Source of the DNA: Schmidtea polychroa
Lineage: Eukaryota
Length of the DNA stretch: 64,000 bases
Assembly: GCA_044892525.1 (NCBI GenBank)
Contig: CM097885.1
Coordinates: 9,984,001-10,048,000, forward strand
Reading direction: 5' to 3'
Positions 34,870 to 45,961 of the stretch are shown here, piece after piece. A program made the position numbers and the translations under genes. Within the stretch, counting starts at the first letter, position 1. The number at the start of each line of letters is the position of its first letter. The notes beneath the pieces were generated by a model. It was not told where the DNA came from and did not search any database. It saw nothing but the letters and a program-made list of their open reading frames with translations.

Positions 34870-37800
34870 ATGAAAAAATATTATGGTCGTAAATTTTATG
34901 GCATCAAGTACTACATATGCCCAATATGCGAGACTTCCCATAGCATTAAATATTTAGAGTTTTACAGTATACATAAATCCCATTTAAATCAGTTCTCTTT
35001 AAATAAAAAGGATTTATTTAACAAATTGCGAAATACCGCAAAACCTATAATTAAAACTAATGTAAATAATACAAAACCTGTAAATAATAATACAAAACCT
35101 GTAAATAATAATACAAAACCTGTAAATAATATTACAAAACCTGTAATTAATAATAATACAAAACCTGTAAATAATATTACAAAACCTGTAAATAATAATA
35201 CAAAACATGTAAATAATATTACAAAACCTGTAAATAATAATAATACAAAACCTGTAAATAATATTACAAAACCTGTAAATAATAATACAAAACATGTAAA
35301 TAATATTACAAAACCTCTAATTAATAATGTTATTAATGTAAATAATAATTTAAAAAGACCTGCTGTTAGTATTGGGTCTGATGCTCCCTCTAAAATTAAT
35401 AAATTAGAACAAATAACTGTGGTTAATAATATTCAAGTAGGCGGTTCAGTCGATATTGACGATGAACCTGAAATCGAAATTGATTTTAAGGGGGTTCGAA
35501 AGAATCTAAGATTTAATGTAGAAAAGGATAACATCATTCAAATATCCATAACCGATAAAATCGTTAATAAGTTAAAACATGAAATAATCAGAATGGGGTC
35601 GGTGAAAATACAATTCTCTGTATTGATTCAATTTGAAAAAGATGGTGAAATTAAAGATAATTTCTTCTCGAATAGGGCAGAGGCTTTTTCAGATAGTTTT
35701 CTAAGTGAGGGGGTTCACAAATTAAATAATAAAATAGAAAAATTCACATATTTGGGTAGTGGATGGCGGGTTGTTAAAATCAAAGAAATAGATTTTATAT
35801 TAACAAAATTTACACATATGAATAGGCTAGCTGGACATAGTTACATCCCCACCCCATCATCTTTAAAATCTAAAAATGCAATAGTAAATGTTAAAAACAC
35901 CGATGATATGTGCTTTATATATAGTATTTTAGCACTTTTAAAACGTAATGTCGTACATATAAATAGAAATAGAGTTAGTTCCTATCAAAATTATCTTGAC
36001 GAGTTAAATTTTGACCCCATTTCAGACTGTCCAATGAAACTATGTGATATTCCTAAATTCGAGATGAAAAATAAGGATTTAAATTTAGCAATAAATGTTT
36101 TAACTTATAGAACAACCCCTGCTAAGCCTTTTGAAAATATAGTTGACGATAATTATATTCCACATCATCCTCAATTAGATATTATTCACCGATCTAAGGT
36201 TATAGGTGGTGAACCCATATATTTACTTTTATTGGAAGACGGTGATAATTTCCATTATACTGCAGTTTTTAACTTACAAAGACTAATGAATTGTCGCTCT
36301 AGCAGTGAATGTGACGTTAGACTTCAAGTAAACTGGTGCCCCCATTGTCTTAACGGATTTAGACATAAAAATGCATTTGATATTCATGTCGCCTTATGCA
36401 TTAAAAACCAGATAGGTACTACTTTATACACGCTACCCAATGATAAAAATTTAATTTTTCAAAATTATGCGAAAACCATAACCCCACCATTCGTGATATA
36501 TGCAGACTTTGAATCAATTTTACCGGGGGATATAATACACCATCAAAAGCATTTGCCAATAACAGCAGGTTTATTATTAATAAATAATTATAATAACTCT
36601 AAATTTTATTATGAGTTTGTTGGGGATGATTGCATCTTATCTTTCTTGCGTAAGGTGGAGGAAATTGCTATGACAATTGTCCTGCCATATTACGAAATTA
36701 ATGGGAAAAAGCCCATGCAAACCTTGTCTTTCACTGAAGAGCGGGCCTTTCGTGATTCCAGAACCTGCTACCTTTGTAAAAAATTCATTAAGAATAGAGT
36801 TAGGGATCATTGTCACTTTTCAGGTAAGTATCTTGGTGCTGCCTGTAGGAAATGTAATGTTTCTCGACGAATTCAGAAACAGTTACCTGTGGTTTTTCAC
36901 AATTTGAGGGGGTATGATCTTCATCATATTTTGAAGTATGGTTTGAATAATTTTCCTTCTTGGGAATTAAATATTATTCCGACCACTACTGAGAAATTCA
37001 TCTCTCTTATCGCGTACATTAACAAATTGTCTGTTCGTTTTATTGACAGCATGCAGTTTGTTAATTCATCTTTAGCAAAAGCAGTTAAGACTCTTTCCGA
37101 TCTGCCTTTAACTTCTTCTGTTTTCGATGGCGCAATTGTTCGAGCCAAAGGTATCTTTCCTTATGACTTTGCCACATCTCTTGAGGTTCTGGAATCGACT
37201 CTTGAATTGCCTCCTATTTGGGATTCTGTGTCTAATGATGAATATGCATTAGCCCAAGTTATTTGGACTCAGCAAAACTGCAACAACATGTTAGATTACA
37301 TGTTAATCTACCTTAAATTAGACGTGTTTCTCCTCGCAGACTATTTTCAACAATTCCGTGAAAAGGCCATTGCTTACAATGGTCTTGAGCCTCTTAATTT
37401 CTATGGCATTCCCGGTATGTCTTGGGCCTCTGCGCTTATGACATTAACGGAACCCATTGAACTTCTGCAGGACATGGAAATGTTTAATTTCTATGAAGGA
37501 GGGATACGGGGTGGGTTAACATTTGTTAACAAACATTATGTTGCAAGTTCTGAAGACACAGAACTCTTGTATATTGATATTAATAACTTGTATGGTTGGG
37601 CCTTAAGCCAAAATCTGCCTTATGCTGACTTTGTTTGGGTGTATGATGATCTTGATTCTGTCTTGAATGAATGTATGAATGCTGATATCGATAACCTTCC
37701 ATATGGCTATACTATGGAGGTAGATATCGATATACCTGTTTGTTTGCATGACTTTCTGAATGATTTTCCTCTTGCTCCGGAAAAGATGTGCCCGCCAAAT

Positions 37801-38949
37801 TCTAAAGTTGAGAAGCTGATGCTCACGCATTGGCCGAAGAAGAACCATGTTCTTCATTGGCGACTTCTCAAGTTGTATATAGAATTGGGGGCTATTATTA
37901 AAAATGTACATAGAGCAATCAAATTTAAGCATGCACCCATTTTCAAATCTTACATAGACAAAAACACTAATTTGAGAGCCAATTCTACATGCGAATTATA
38001 TAGGGATCTATACAAATTATTTAATAATAGTCTGTATGGGAAATCCGTAGAAAACCTTAAAAAACGGATGAATTTGAGGCTATGCAATTCAGCTGAAAAG
38101 ATGATTGTATATGCTTCAAAGCCGACTTTCAAGAAATCTATCAAAATTGATGATGACTTGATTGCTGCACATCTATATAAGGATTCTATATGTTTAGACA
38201 GGCCTAGTTACATTGGCCAAACGGTGCTAGACCTGTCTAAACTGAGGATGTACCAGTTACAGTATAAAGAATTGGCTAAATATAGAAATGAATTTAAATG
38301 TGAGATAAATATCGTTGCCGGCGATACTGACTCCTTTTTTCTTGAGGTTAGGCACTGTAAGCTTGACATTCGTGACAATCTTTTAGACACTTCCAACTAT
38401 GACCCTGCACATCCCTTATACTCTAGAAACCTTGATTCTGTGATAGGTAAATTTAAAGATGAAAGTAAAGGTCTAGGGTATAAGGAATGGGTTTTCTTAA
38501 GACCCAAGTGCTATAGTTTGTTAGGGGCTAAAGATCATTTAAAAGCAAAAGGAGTCAGGTTAATAGGTACAGAAATTAGGCACGATTCATATTTAGAATG
38601 CTACAATAACAACGTAGTATTTTCTGTGCCACAAAGTAGGATAGGGACGCGGAACCATCAATTGTACACATTTAAAAACAATAAAATCGCGTTGACAAAC
38701 AATGACGACAAGCGGTTTTGGGTGGGGAAAAATTCCAGTCTCGCATTTGGTCATTATTTAGCACTAGATGATATAAATGATGATCAAATATTTGAAGAAG
38801 TTGGGCCACTATTCGGAAGATTAAGTCCAGATTTTGTTTCTGGTGATGAGGAAGTGGGTCCACTTTTCAATGGTTTAAGTCCAGATTTCGATTCTGGTGA
38901 TGATCCTAATGATAAAAGAGATATAGATGATATTTTATTGTCAGACTAA
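34870..38949 (+). CDS. Protein-primed family B DNA polymerase (pPolB) of the inner element; frame open from 34801, possibly spliced
   Basis: YADFES, FHNLRGYD, FIDS, KGIFPY, YIDINNLYG, KLFNNSLYGK, GDTDS, KCY, AKGV; endonuclease-VII-like CxxC..DHCH..CxxCN insert. Confidence 0.97.
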   Translation: MKKYYGRKFYGIKYYICPICETSHSIKYLEFYSIHKSHLNQFSLNKKDLFNKLRNTAKPIIKTNVNNTKPVNNNTKPVNNNTKPVNNITKPVINNNTKPVNNITKPVNNNTKHVNNITKPVNNNNTKPVNNITKPVNNNTKHVNNITKPLINNVINVNNNLKRPAVSIGSDAPSKINKLEQITVVNNIQVGGSVDIDDEPEIEIDFKGVRKNLRFNVEKDNIIQISITDKIVNKLKHEIIRMGSVKIQFSVLIQFEKDGEIKDNFFSNRAEAFSDSFLSEGVHKLNNKIEKFTYLGSGWRVVKIKEIDFILTKFTHMNRLAGHSYIPTPSSLKSKNAIVNVKNTDDMCFIYSILALLKRNVVHINRNRVSSYQNYLDELNFDPISDCPMKLCDIPKFEMKNKDLNLAINVLTYRTTPAKPFENIVDDNYIPHHPQLDIIHRSKVIGGEPIYLLLLEDGDNFHYTAVFNLQRLMNCRSSSECDVRLQVNWCPHCLNGFRHKNAFDIHVALCIKNQIGTTLYTLPNDKNLIFQNYAKTITPPFVIYADFESILPGDIIHHQKHLPITAGLLLINNYNNSKFYYEFVGDDCILSFLRKVEEIAMTIVLPYYEINGKKPMQTLSFTEERAFRDSRTCYLCKKFIKNRVRDHCHFSGKYLGAACRKCNVSRRIQKQLPVVFHNLRGYDLHHILKYGLNNFPSWELNIIPTTTEKFISLIAYINKLSVRFIDSMQFVNSSLAKAVKTLSDLPLTSSVFDGAIVRAKGIFPYDFATSLEVLESTLELPPIWDSVSNDEYALAQVIWTQQNCNNMLDYMLIYLKLDVFLLADYFQQFREKAIAYNGLEPLNFYGIPGMSWASALMTLTEPIELLQDMEMFNFYEGGIRGGLTFVNKHYVASSEDTELLYIDINNLYGWALSQNLPYADFVWVYDDLDSVLNECMNADIDNLPYGYTMEVDIDIPVCLHDFLNDFPLAPEKMCPPNSKVEKLMLTHWPKKNHVLHWRLLKLYIELGAIIKNVHRAIKFKHAPIFKSYIDKNTNLRANSTCELYRDLYKLFNNSLYGKSVENLKKRMNLRLCNSAEKMIVYASKPTFKKSIKIDDDLIAAHLYKDSICLDRPSYIGQTVLDLSKLRMYQLQYKELAKYRNEFKCEINIVAGDTDSFFLEVRHCKLDIRDNLLDTSNYDPAHPLYSRNLDSVIGKFKDESKGLGYKEWVFLRPKCYSLLGAKDHLKAKGVRLIGTEIRHDSYLECYNNNVVFSVPQSRIGTRNHQLYTFKNNKIALTNNDDKRFWVGKNSSLAFGHYLALDDINDDQIFEEVGPLFGRLSPDFVSGDEEVGPLFNGLSPDFDSGDDPNDKRDIDDILLSD

Positions 38950-39178
38950 ACTGTGATAAATGTTAATATATCTTTAATAAAACGTTTCTTCTACATTGTT
39001 GTATTATCTAAAATTTTTATTGAAAACTTGTTATAGTTTTCACATTTCTTACAAATGTTAAACACTTGTATAAATATATTTATTAATATTGATAAAGTTT
39101 TTATAAATCATGTTTAACTATTGAAAGAAATTTTTATTTGAAATGTATGTATGAGCTCACCACTACATATATGAGTTG

Positions 39179-39350
39179 AGTGTACATTTAAAGTATAATA
39201 TTTAGAATTTAGAAAGTTTTACCTTGAATATTTTTACCAGTACCTTTGTGAACAATAACCATGTGACTTGTTGAGTGTGAGTAGTACCCTTGCTAGCAAT
39301 ACCCATAGGGAGACAGAATATCTTGTCGGATAGATTATATATATATATAT

Positions 39351-39444
<94 letters not shown>

Positions 39445-40969
39445 CTTAGAAACTAAAAACTTAGAAAATAATAATTATTTTAATAAATGATCTTGAAAAA
39501 TTAAATGACCTTGAAAAGTAAATGACCTTGAAAATTAAATGACCTTGAAAAATTAAATGACCTTGAAAATTAAATGAGCTTGAAAATTAAATGACCTTGA
39601 AAATTAAATGACCTTGAAAATTAAATGACCTTGAAAATAAAAAGATTACTTAATTAAAACAAAAAATTAAATTAAAAAAAAAATGACCTTGACCTTGATG
39701 AGTCATATGACCTTGGGAATGACCTTGATGAGTCATCGTTCTAAAAATATTAGACATCGTTGGGTGAGTCATTGGGTGAGTCATTCTCTTTGTTAATATT
39801 AATGATGATGATACCTTCTATGGCTCATTCGAAAGGTCTTGGACTGAGCTTTAAGATGAGGTATCGTCCAATAAATTCGGATAATGGGAACATTAATTTT
39901 TGGGATGAAAAAGAGTAGGGGCCCTCCCGGCCAATTAATAATATTTTGGAAAATAATAATAATTTAACGTTGAAAAGATGGTGGTCATCAATTGTTAATA
40001 ACTTTGTCAATAATAATGATGATGATACCTTCTATGAATCAATCGAAAGGTCTTGCATTGGGCTTTAAAATGAGCTATCGTTGAATAATTATCGTTGTCG
40101 GGAACTCTGTACATTTAAATTTTAAAATATGACCTTGAAAAAATAAATGACCTTGAAAAAATAAATGACCTTGAAAAAATAAATGACCTTGAAAAAATAA
40201 ATGACCTTGACCTTGACCTTGAAAATAATATTTTGAAAAATAAATGACCTTGAAAAATGGTCTCGGTAAAACTTTAATAACTTTGCCGATGTTAATGATG
40301 ATGATACCTTCTATGGCTCAATTGAAAGGTCTTAGACTACGCTTCAAAATAAGCTATCGATTAATAAATTCGGATAATGGCAACATTAATTTTTGGGATG
40401 AGAAAAAGTATGTCCCCGCCCGGCCAATTAATAATATTTTGAATAATAATAATAATTTAACGTTGAAAAGATGGTGGTCATCAATTGTTAATAACATTAA
40501 AACTATTAAAGATATATATGATACCTATAGCTCATTCGAAAGGTCTTGGACTGGGCTTTAAGATGAGGTATCGGTCAATAAAATCTGTTGGTGGGAACAT
40601 TAATTTTTGGGATGAAAAAAAGTGTGAGCCCGCCAGGCCAATTAATAATATTTTGGAAAATAATAATAATTTAACGTTGAAAAGATGGTGGTCATCAATT
40701 GTTAATAACATTAAAACTATTAAAGATATATATGATACCTATAGCTCATTCGAAAGGTCTTGGACTGGGCTTTAAGATGAGGTATCATCCAATAAAATCC
40801 GTTGGTGGGAACATTAATTTTTGGGATGAAAAAAAGTGTGAGCCCGCCAGGCCAATTAATTAAAACAAAAAATTAAAAAAAAAAATTTTTTTTTCCCGGG
40901 GGGGGGGGGGGGGAGGGGGTATATGTGATGCGGGGAGCTCCTGATCTGGGGAGCTCCAATCCTACTACT
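39179..40969. repeat. Inner Polinton right TIR
   Basis: Reverse complement of the left TIR; ends CCTACTACT. Confidence 0.95.
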
Positions 40970-41404
40970 TGATGTACATAGTTCTATAAAATCAACACCT
41001 TTAAATGCTTCCATAAATCCTGAAACCATTAAAGTGGTAAATATTGAAAATGATAATATTGAAAAACCAAAGTTTAAAATTGGTGACCGAGTAAGAATAT
41101 TTACCGTAATTATCCGAATATAAGACGCATCCAATATAAGACGCATCATTAAAAATTGACTGAATTCAAGAAAATATAAGTAACCTAAATATAAGACGCA
41201 TGTATAATTATTACATTAAATTTATATTACATTAAATTTAAAAATAAATTTGAAAAGGGATTCACAGCAAAATGAACAAATGAAATTTTTATTATAAATA
41301 AAATAAATTATACAACTCCAATAACATATAGCATCATTGATTTAAATAATGAAAAAATATTAGGTAGATTTTATAATAATGAGTTACAGAAAACAGATTT
41401 CTAA
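40970..41404 (+). pseudogene. Outer integrase, 3' part
   Basis: Resumes in frame after the TSD: (DV)HSSIKSTP...KPKFKIGDRVRIF [insert] KFKNKFEKGFTAK*TNEIF...GRFYNNELQKTDF*. Conserved W replaced by TGA at 41273-41275. Confidence 0.92.
41104..41232 (+). mobile_element. One-ended pogo/Tc2-like transposon remnant inserted at TA
   Basis: TA|CCGTAATTATCCGAATATAAGACGCA with three ATATAAGACGCA repeats. Removing it with one TA restores the integrase frame. Confidence 0.65.
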
Positions 41405-42213
41405 AATAAACTTTTCCATATTTCAGCTTCTTCTCTATCCAAATAAATATAATTATATTTTTCTCTCCAATGATTATCAACAAACATATCAAACATATTC
41501 TTATCAGGTTCAACATTTGAAAATAAATCATTATAAATCATATTCTTATCACGGCGATCTAATTTAAAAAATATAAAACAATTGGAATTATTTCTTATAG
41601 AGTTTTTATCTAAAGCATAATAAGTTTGAGATATATAAATAACATTACAATTATTATGTCTTCCTCTTGTAAAGTAACTCTTTTGAATCTCTTGATTTTT
41701 CATGTTAACAACATCATCAAATATAACTAGATTCTTTTTATCTTTAGGAAGTAAATCACAATGTAAAACATCTTCAGGTTTATTAGAGAATAAAACTTGA
41801 ATCGCCTCTGCCTGCCCCTCATCTTCACAGATGTAATCATTTTTATTACTAATATCTGATTCTAAAATCTTTTCCTTATACCAATCAACCATATCACAAG
41901 GTTGAAAAACTTCTTCAGGACATCTATGTTGATTTTTAAAAATATCAATTATAGCTTTTTTAGTTAATTTATTTTCAAATCCACATTTCAAAAGTTGTAA
42001 TTCTGGTTGATTTATGGTTGTAGAATAAAAGATTAAATTATTATAATCTAAAAAACCATCTTCAAGTAATATTTTCAAAACAAGTACATTCTTTCCACAT
42101 CCAGAAGATCCAACAATTAATAATCTAAAATTATCAGGAAATACTTTATTATTAAATTTAGATTTATGTCTATTTAAAATTGGTTTCCAAATTATTGGAC
42201 TTCGTACATCCAT
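41401..42213 (-). CDS. Packaging ATPase of the outer element
   Basis: GSSGCGKN (atypical Walker A), LVIFDD, FTRGRHNN, YISQ.Y, IRNN; likely start MDVRS at 42213. Confidence 0.92.
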   Translation of the reverse strand: MDVRSPIIWKPILNRHKSKFNNKVFPDNFRLLIVGSSGCGKNVLVLKILLEDGFLDYNNLIFYSTTINQPELQLLKCGFENKLTKKAIIDIFKNQHRCPEEVFQPCDMVDWYKEKILESDISNKNDYICEDEGQAEAIQVLFSNKPEDVLHCDLLPKDKKNLVIFDDVVNMKNQEIQKSYFTRGRHNNCNVIYISQTYYALDKNSIRNNSNCFIFFKLDRRDKNMIYNDLFSNVEPDKNMFDMFVDNHWREKYNYIYLDREEAEIWKSLF

Positions 42214-42228
42214 TTTATTTATTATAAA

Positions 42229-42840
42229 ATGACCTCGAAGAGTTCCTCTACTGAAGAATCTTTGCAAGAATTAATAAATTCAAATAAAAATAAATCAGTA
42301 GTAATTGATGGTAAAAAATATTTTATTGGAAAACGTGTAAAAGAACAAGTTAGAGCGAAGCTGAAGGGCTCTTCGACTAAAGAAGGCGGCATTCTTCCAT
42401 TAGCTGCTTTAATATCTGCAATCATTGCTGGTTTATCAGGTGCTGCTGGAATAGCTGGAGGAATTGCAACTACAGTTCAAAAAGCTAAAGAATCTCAAAA
42501 GACAGACCTAGAAAAAGAAAAACTACAAACTGAAATCGATTCAATGAAGAAGGTAGGGCAAGCTAAGGGAAAAGGCCTCTATCTTAATCCATACGAGGGG
42601 ACTCTGTCTGAAGGTCAAAAGTCTCAGGGGACTCTGTCCAAGGGAAAGGGTCTCTATCTTGATCCTTATAAAGGTAGAGGTTAAAATGATTTTTTAAAAA
42701 ATCAAATTTCTACATCTGAATCTTTATCTTCAAAAGATAAAGATGATTTAAAAAAGATATGTAAATCTTTAAAGAATGGATGCCTTTGTAAAACTAAAAA
42801 TGGTAAAGGTTTATACTTGAAGCCCTTCGAACCCCATTGA
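42229..42840 (+). pseudogene. Core/membrane-active precursor-like protein with an in-frame TAA at 42682
   Basis: GG|ILPLAALISAIIAGLSGAAGIAGG hydrophobic segment. GKGLYLxP(Y/F) occurs three times, the third beyond the TAA in the same frame. Confidence 0.7.
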
Positions 42841-42862
42841 TACCATTTTTAATACCATAAAA

Positions 42863-43707
42863 ATGGTATATGAAGAAAGATTAGCACTTTTAAAAATATT
42901 ACAATCTGAACAAGATAAATATAATAAAAAGATACAACTCAACATGCTGAATCTATAATATTAAATGAGGTAATAACACAACAACAGGGGCCAACAATTA
43001 AAGCTATAGAGGGACTTAAAACTATAGAAGCTCCTCTAACCCCTGAACTTAAAGCTATAGAACCTTCTAAAAAGGAATTGTCAAGATTAATGGGTTTAAG
43101 AAAACGTAGAAATACTATTGATTTAGAAGAAGATGAATTTCTTTCAAGATTAACACCTCTTAAGACTCCAGTTAATTTTAAAATTAATACATCACTAGCT
43201 AAATCAATTATACCTACTATAGGTTATGATCCTAGAGGTTTTCAAACAATAACAATTAATAATCAAAAATTTTATATATATTTAAATTCAAAAAATAATC
43301 CAGCGATTATTTCAACAAATACTTTTATGAATAGAGAGCGTGTAGACATTGAACTTTCAGATGGTTTTCATGGATTAATTTCTGGATATCTTCCAGATGA
43401 TGTTAAGAAAGAAGAAATTGATAAATATTTAAACTTAATAAAATTAGTACATGGTAGTTCTAAAGCAAAACATATTCAAGATTTAAAGAATTATTTAAAT
43501 AAAAATGAAAGGGGTTATGTTGTTACAGAGGGTAAGGGGATGCCTGTGGCTGCAAACCCAATCAATCTTTTTATTGAATTAAGAAAACTATTAGCAGCTA
43601 AAAAAGCAGGACATAATAATTTAGATTCTGATATTTTAAAGATTTCTAAAGATTTGTTAAAACAAGGAATAATTTCAAAAGATAAATTTAATAAGTATAT
43701 AAAATGA
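42863..43707 (+). pseudogene. Conserved Polinton hypothetical protein, frameshifted at A5 (42926-42930)
   Basis: The ATG 42863 frame joins ORF 43078-43707 with one added A. C-terminal NP..L..EL..LLAAKKAGHNN..I...L...GII motif. Confidence 0.65.
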
Positions 43708-44189
43708 CTCCTACAATATTAGATTTTTTAAAAACATTTGGAATAAATGCAAAAACAAATTTTGATTTAAAAGATTATGCAGATTATTTAAATTTAAAAA
43801 TAAAAATATTAATGAATAATGAATTGAAAGGTCCGAAGGTCAAAGGTCAAAGGGTCACTCCAAAGAATATAATAATCAATTATCAAAATTCAAATGAAAA
43901 AGGATCTCATTGGGTTTGTATATATATGGACGAAGTCCCAATCTACTTTGATTCTTTTGGGATTAAACCCACTAAAGAAGTTGAAGACTATCTGTCCGGA
44001 GTATGCTCGAAGAGAGACTATACTTTTAATTCTTTACAAGTTCAACCTAATAATACTAAAATATGTGGTATTTTAAGCTTATATGTTTTGTATAGATTGA
44101 ATAAATCTCAAGGGACTCTGTCCAAAGGGGACTACTGTTTCACTTCCTTAATCCAAGAAATTTATAATGATTTAAAATCTCTACTATAA
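43704..44189 (+). CDS. Adenain-like cysteine protease of the outer element
   Basis: GSHWVC, YFDSFG, QVQP....ICG. Confidence 0.92.
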   Translation: MTPTILDFLKTFGINAKTNFDLKDYADYLNLKIKILMNNELKGPKVKGQRVTPKNIIINYQNSNEKGSHWVCIYMDEVPIYFDSFGIKPTKEVEDYLSGVCSKRDYTFNSLQVQPNNTKICGILSLYVLYRLNKSQGTLSKGDYCFTSLIQEIYNDLKSLL

Positions 44190-44192
44190 GAA

Positions 44193-44930
44193 ATGGAAGA
44201 TAATTTAAAAAAAATGGTAAACATAATGTCAGATAAATATTCAAGAACTTTATCTATAAATTCAAAAGAATCAGACTTTACTATAAATTTTGAAGATTCA
44301 ATAAAATTAGATCAAAATTTAAATTATGAATTAGGTCTATTATGGTTTTGTGCTTATAATACTATTTTTAATATAACTAAAGATATTAACACATTTAGTT
44401 ATGTAAGCCCCCCAAAAACGGAGTATAACATAATAATAATAGAACCCGGGGCTTATGAGATAAAAGATTTAAATAATATACTTTCTAAAAAAACAAATGG
44501 AGCTATTGAAATTAAAATAGATTTACCAACTTCAAAATGTATAATGACATTAAAGAATATAGGACTTAGGTTTCAAAATAATAGATTCTTTAGAACAATT
44601 TTAGGATTTACACAAAACCATTATACCACACCTGAAGTTACATCAGAAAATATTATAAAAATAATAAATACAAACACAATAAATATTCATTGCGATTGTA
44701 TAACAGGTTCTTATAATAATGGTAAACAAAGTAATATTTTATATTCCTTTCCCTCAAACACAGTTCCTATGGGATATAAAATAGTTGAAAGAATGAATCC
44801 TCCAAATTATTTACCTTTATGTAGAAAATATATAATGGATATTAATTTTAAAATTCTTAATCAAGAAGGAGAATTGATTGATTTTAATGGAGAAGAGATT
44901 TCAATGTATTTACATTTGAAACAGGTTTGA
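44193..44930 (+). CDS. Minor capsid (penton-like) protein of the outer element
   Basis: I.PGAYEI.D.N, IHCD.I.GSY.NG, P.GYKI.E, LIDFNGE.I...LHLK. Confidence 0.9.
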   Translation: MEDNLKKMVNIMSDKYSRTLSINSKESDFTINFEDSIKLDQNLNYELGLLWFCAYNTIFNITKDINTFSYVSPPKTEYNIIIIEPGAYEIKDLNNILSKKTNGAIEIKIDLPTSKCIMTLKNIGLRFQNNRFFRTILGFTQNHYTTPEVTSENIIKIINTNTINIHCDCITGSYNNGKQSNILYSFPSNTVPMGYKIVERMNPPNYLPLCRKYIMDINFKILNQEGELIDFNGEEISMYLHLKQV

Positions 44931-44954
44931 AGATTCATTTTAAATTATTAATAA

Positions 44955-45953
44955 ATGAGTTCTTATATTCCATGTAATAGAGGTGGTGGAACAATAAAAA
45001 CAGGGTTTAATACAGAAGAAATATTAACTTTAACAGAAAATAAATATATTAATGAAAGAGGTGATTCAATGAAGGGTGATTTAATTTTAAATGGACACAA
45101 GATAAAAGAATTATCTTTTCCAACTGATGAAGCTGATGCAGTTAATAAGAAATATGTAGATGGTGTTAAAAAATATACTGATTTAACAACAACAAGAATT
45201 GAAAGTTCATTAACAACAAAAATTGATTCAATGGAATCAAAGCTTAATAATATCGAACAACGATTTAATGATAAATTTGACAAGTTACAAAGTCTGTTAA
45301 CTGAACAAGTTGTAAAGTTAAATACTGCTATATTAAATTCTAAAGATAAACAAATTATGAATACTAAATTTAATGCAATATATAATATAATAAATGAGAT
45401 GATTACATCATTTAATAAAAGACTTTCAAATTTAGAATCTCATACAACACACATTAACACCACACATAGTATTAGAAAAAGAGCTGCTGAATTAGAACAG
45501 AATAAAACATTATTACCCCATACATATAAACATTTTATAGAACCAACTTTAATAACAACAAATAGTAAAGAATGGAGTGTTTTTATGGTTGTAAAGATTA
45601 TTGATCCTTATTTCTTTTTATTTGATGATGATAATGAAAGAATGAAATGGTTTGTGAAATGTGATTATAATAGTAAGTTTGAAAAGGGTGATGTTATAAT
45701 AAGTGGTTATGATTTAACACATGGATATTGGCATGATAAAACTGATTCACATAAAACACATAAAGTTAAAAGTAAGAATATTATTTTTAAAAGCACACTT
45801 GTACAGTATATAGATTTAATATTTTATGAAAAAAAGGTTGATGTTGATGAAGTTCGTAAAGCATTGATGGAATTGTATAAAGACATTCTCTCAACAAGAG
45901 TCTCTTATGATATCCGAGTATTGGTACCAGATAATAAAATCTTATTTTTTTAA
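44955..45953 (+). CDS. Fiber/spike-like protein (putative)
   Basis: GD.M.GDL.LNGHKI..L..P....DAVNKKYVD motif, long predicted coiled coil, beta-rich C-terminus. Confidence 0.55.
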   Translation: MSSYIPCNRGGGTIKTGFNTEEILTLTENKYINERGDSMKGDLILNGHKIKELSFPTDEADAVNKKYVDGVKKYTDLTTTRIESSLTTKIDSMESKLNNIEQRFNDKFDKLQSLLTEQVVKLNTAILNSKDKQIMNTKFNAIYNIINEMITSFNKRLSNLESHTTHINTTHSIRKRAAELEQNKTLLPHTYKHFIEPTLITTNSKEWSVFMVVKIIDPYFFLFDDDNERMKWFVKCDYNSKFEKGDVIISGYDLTHGYWHDKTDSHKTHKVKSKNIIFKSTLVQYIDLIFYEKKVDVDEVRKALMELYKDILSTRVSYDIRVLVPDNKILFF

Positions 45954-45961
45954 TTATTAAA

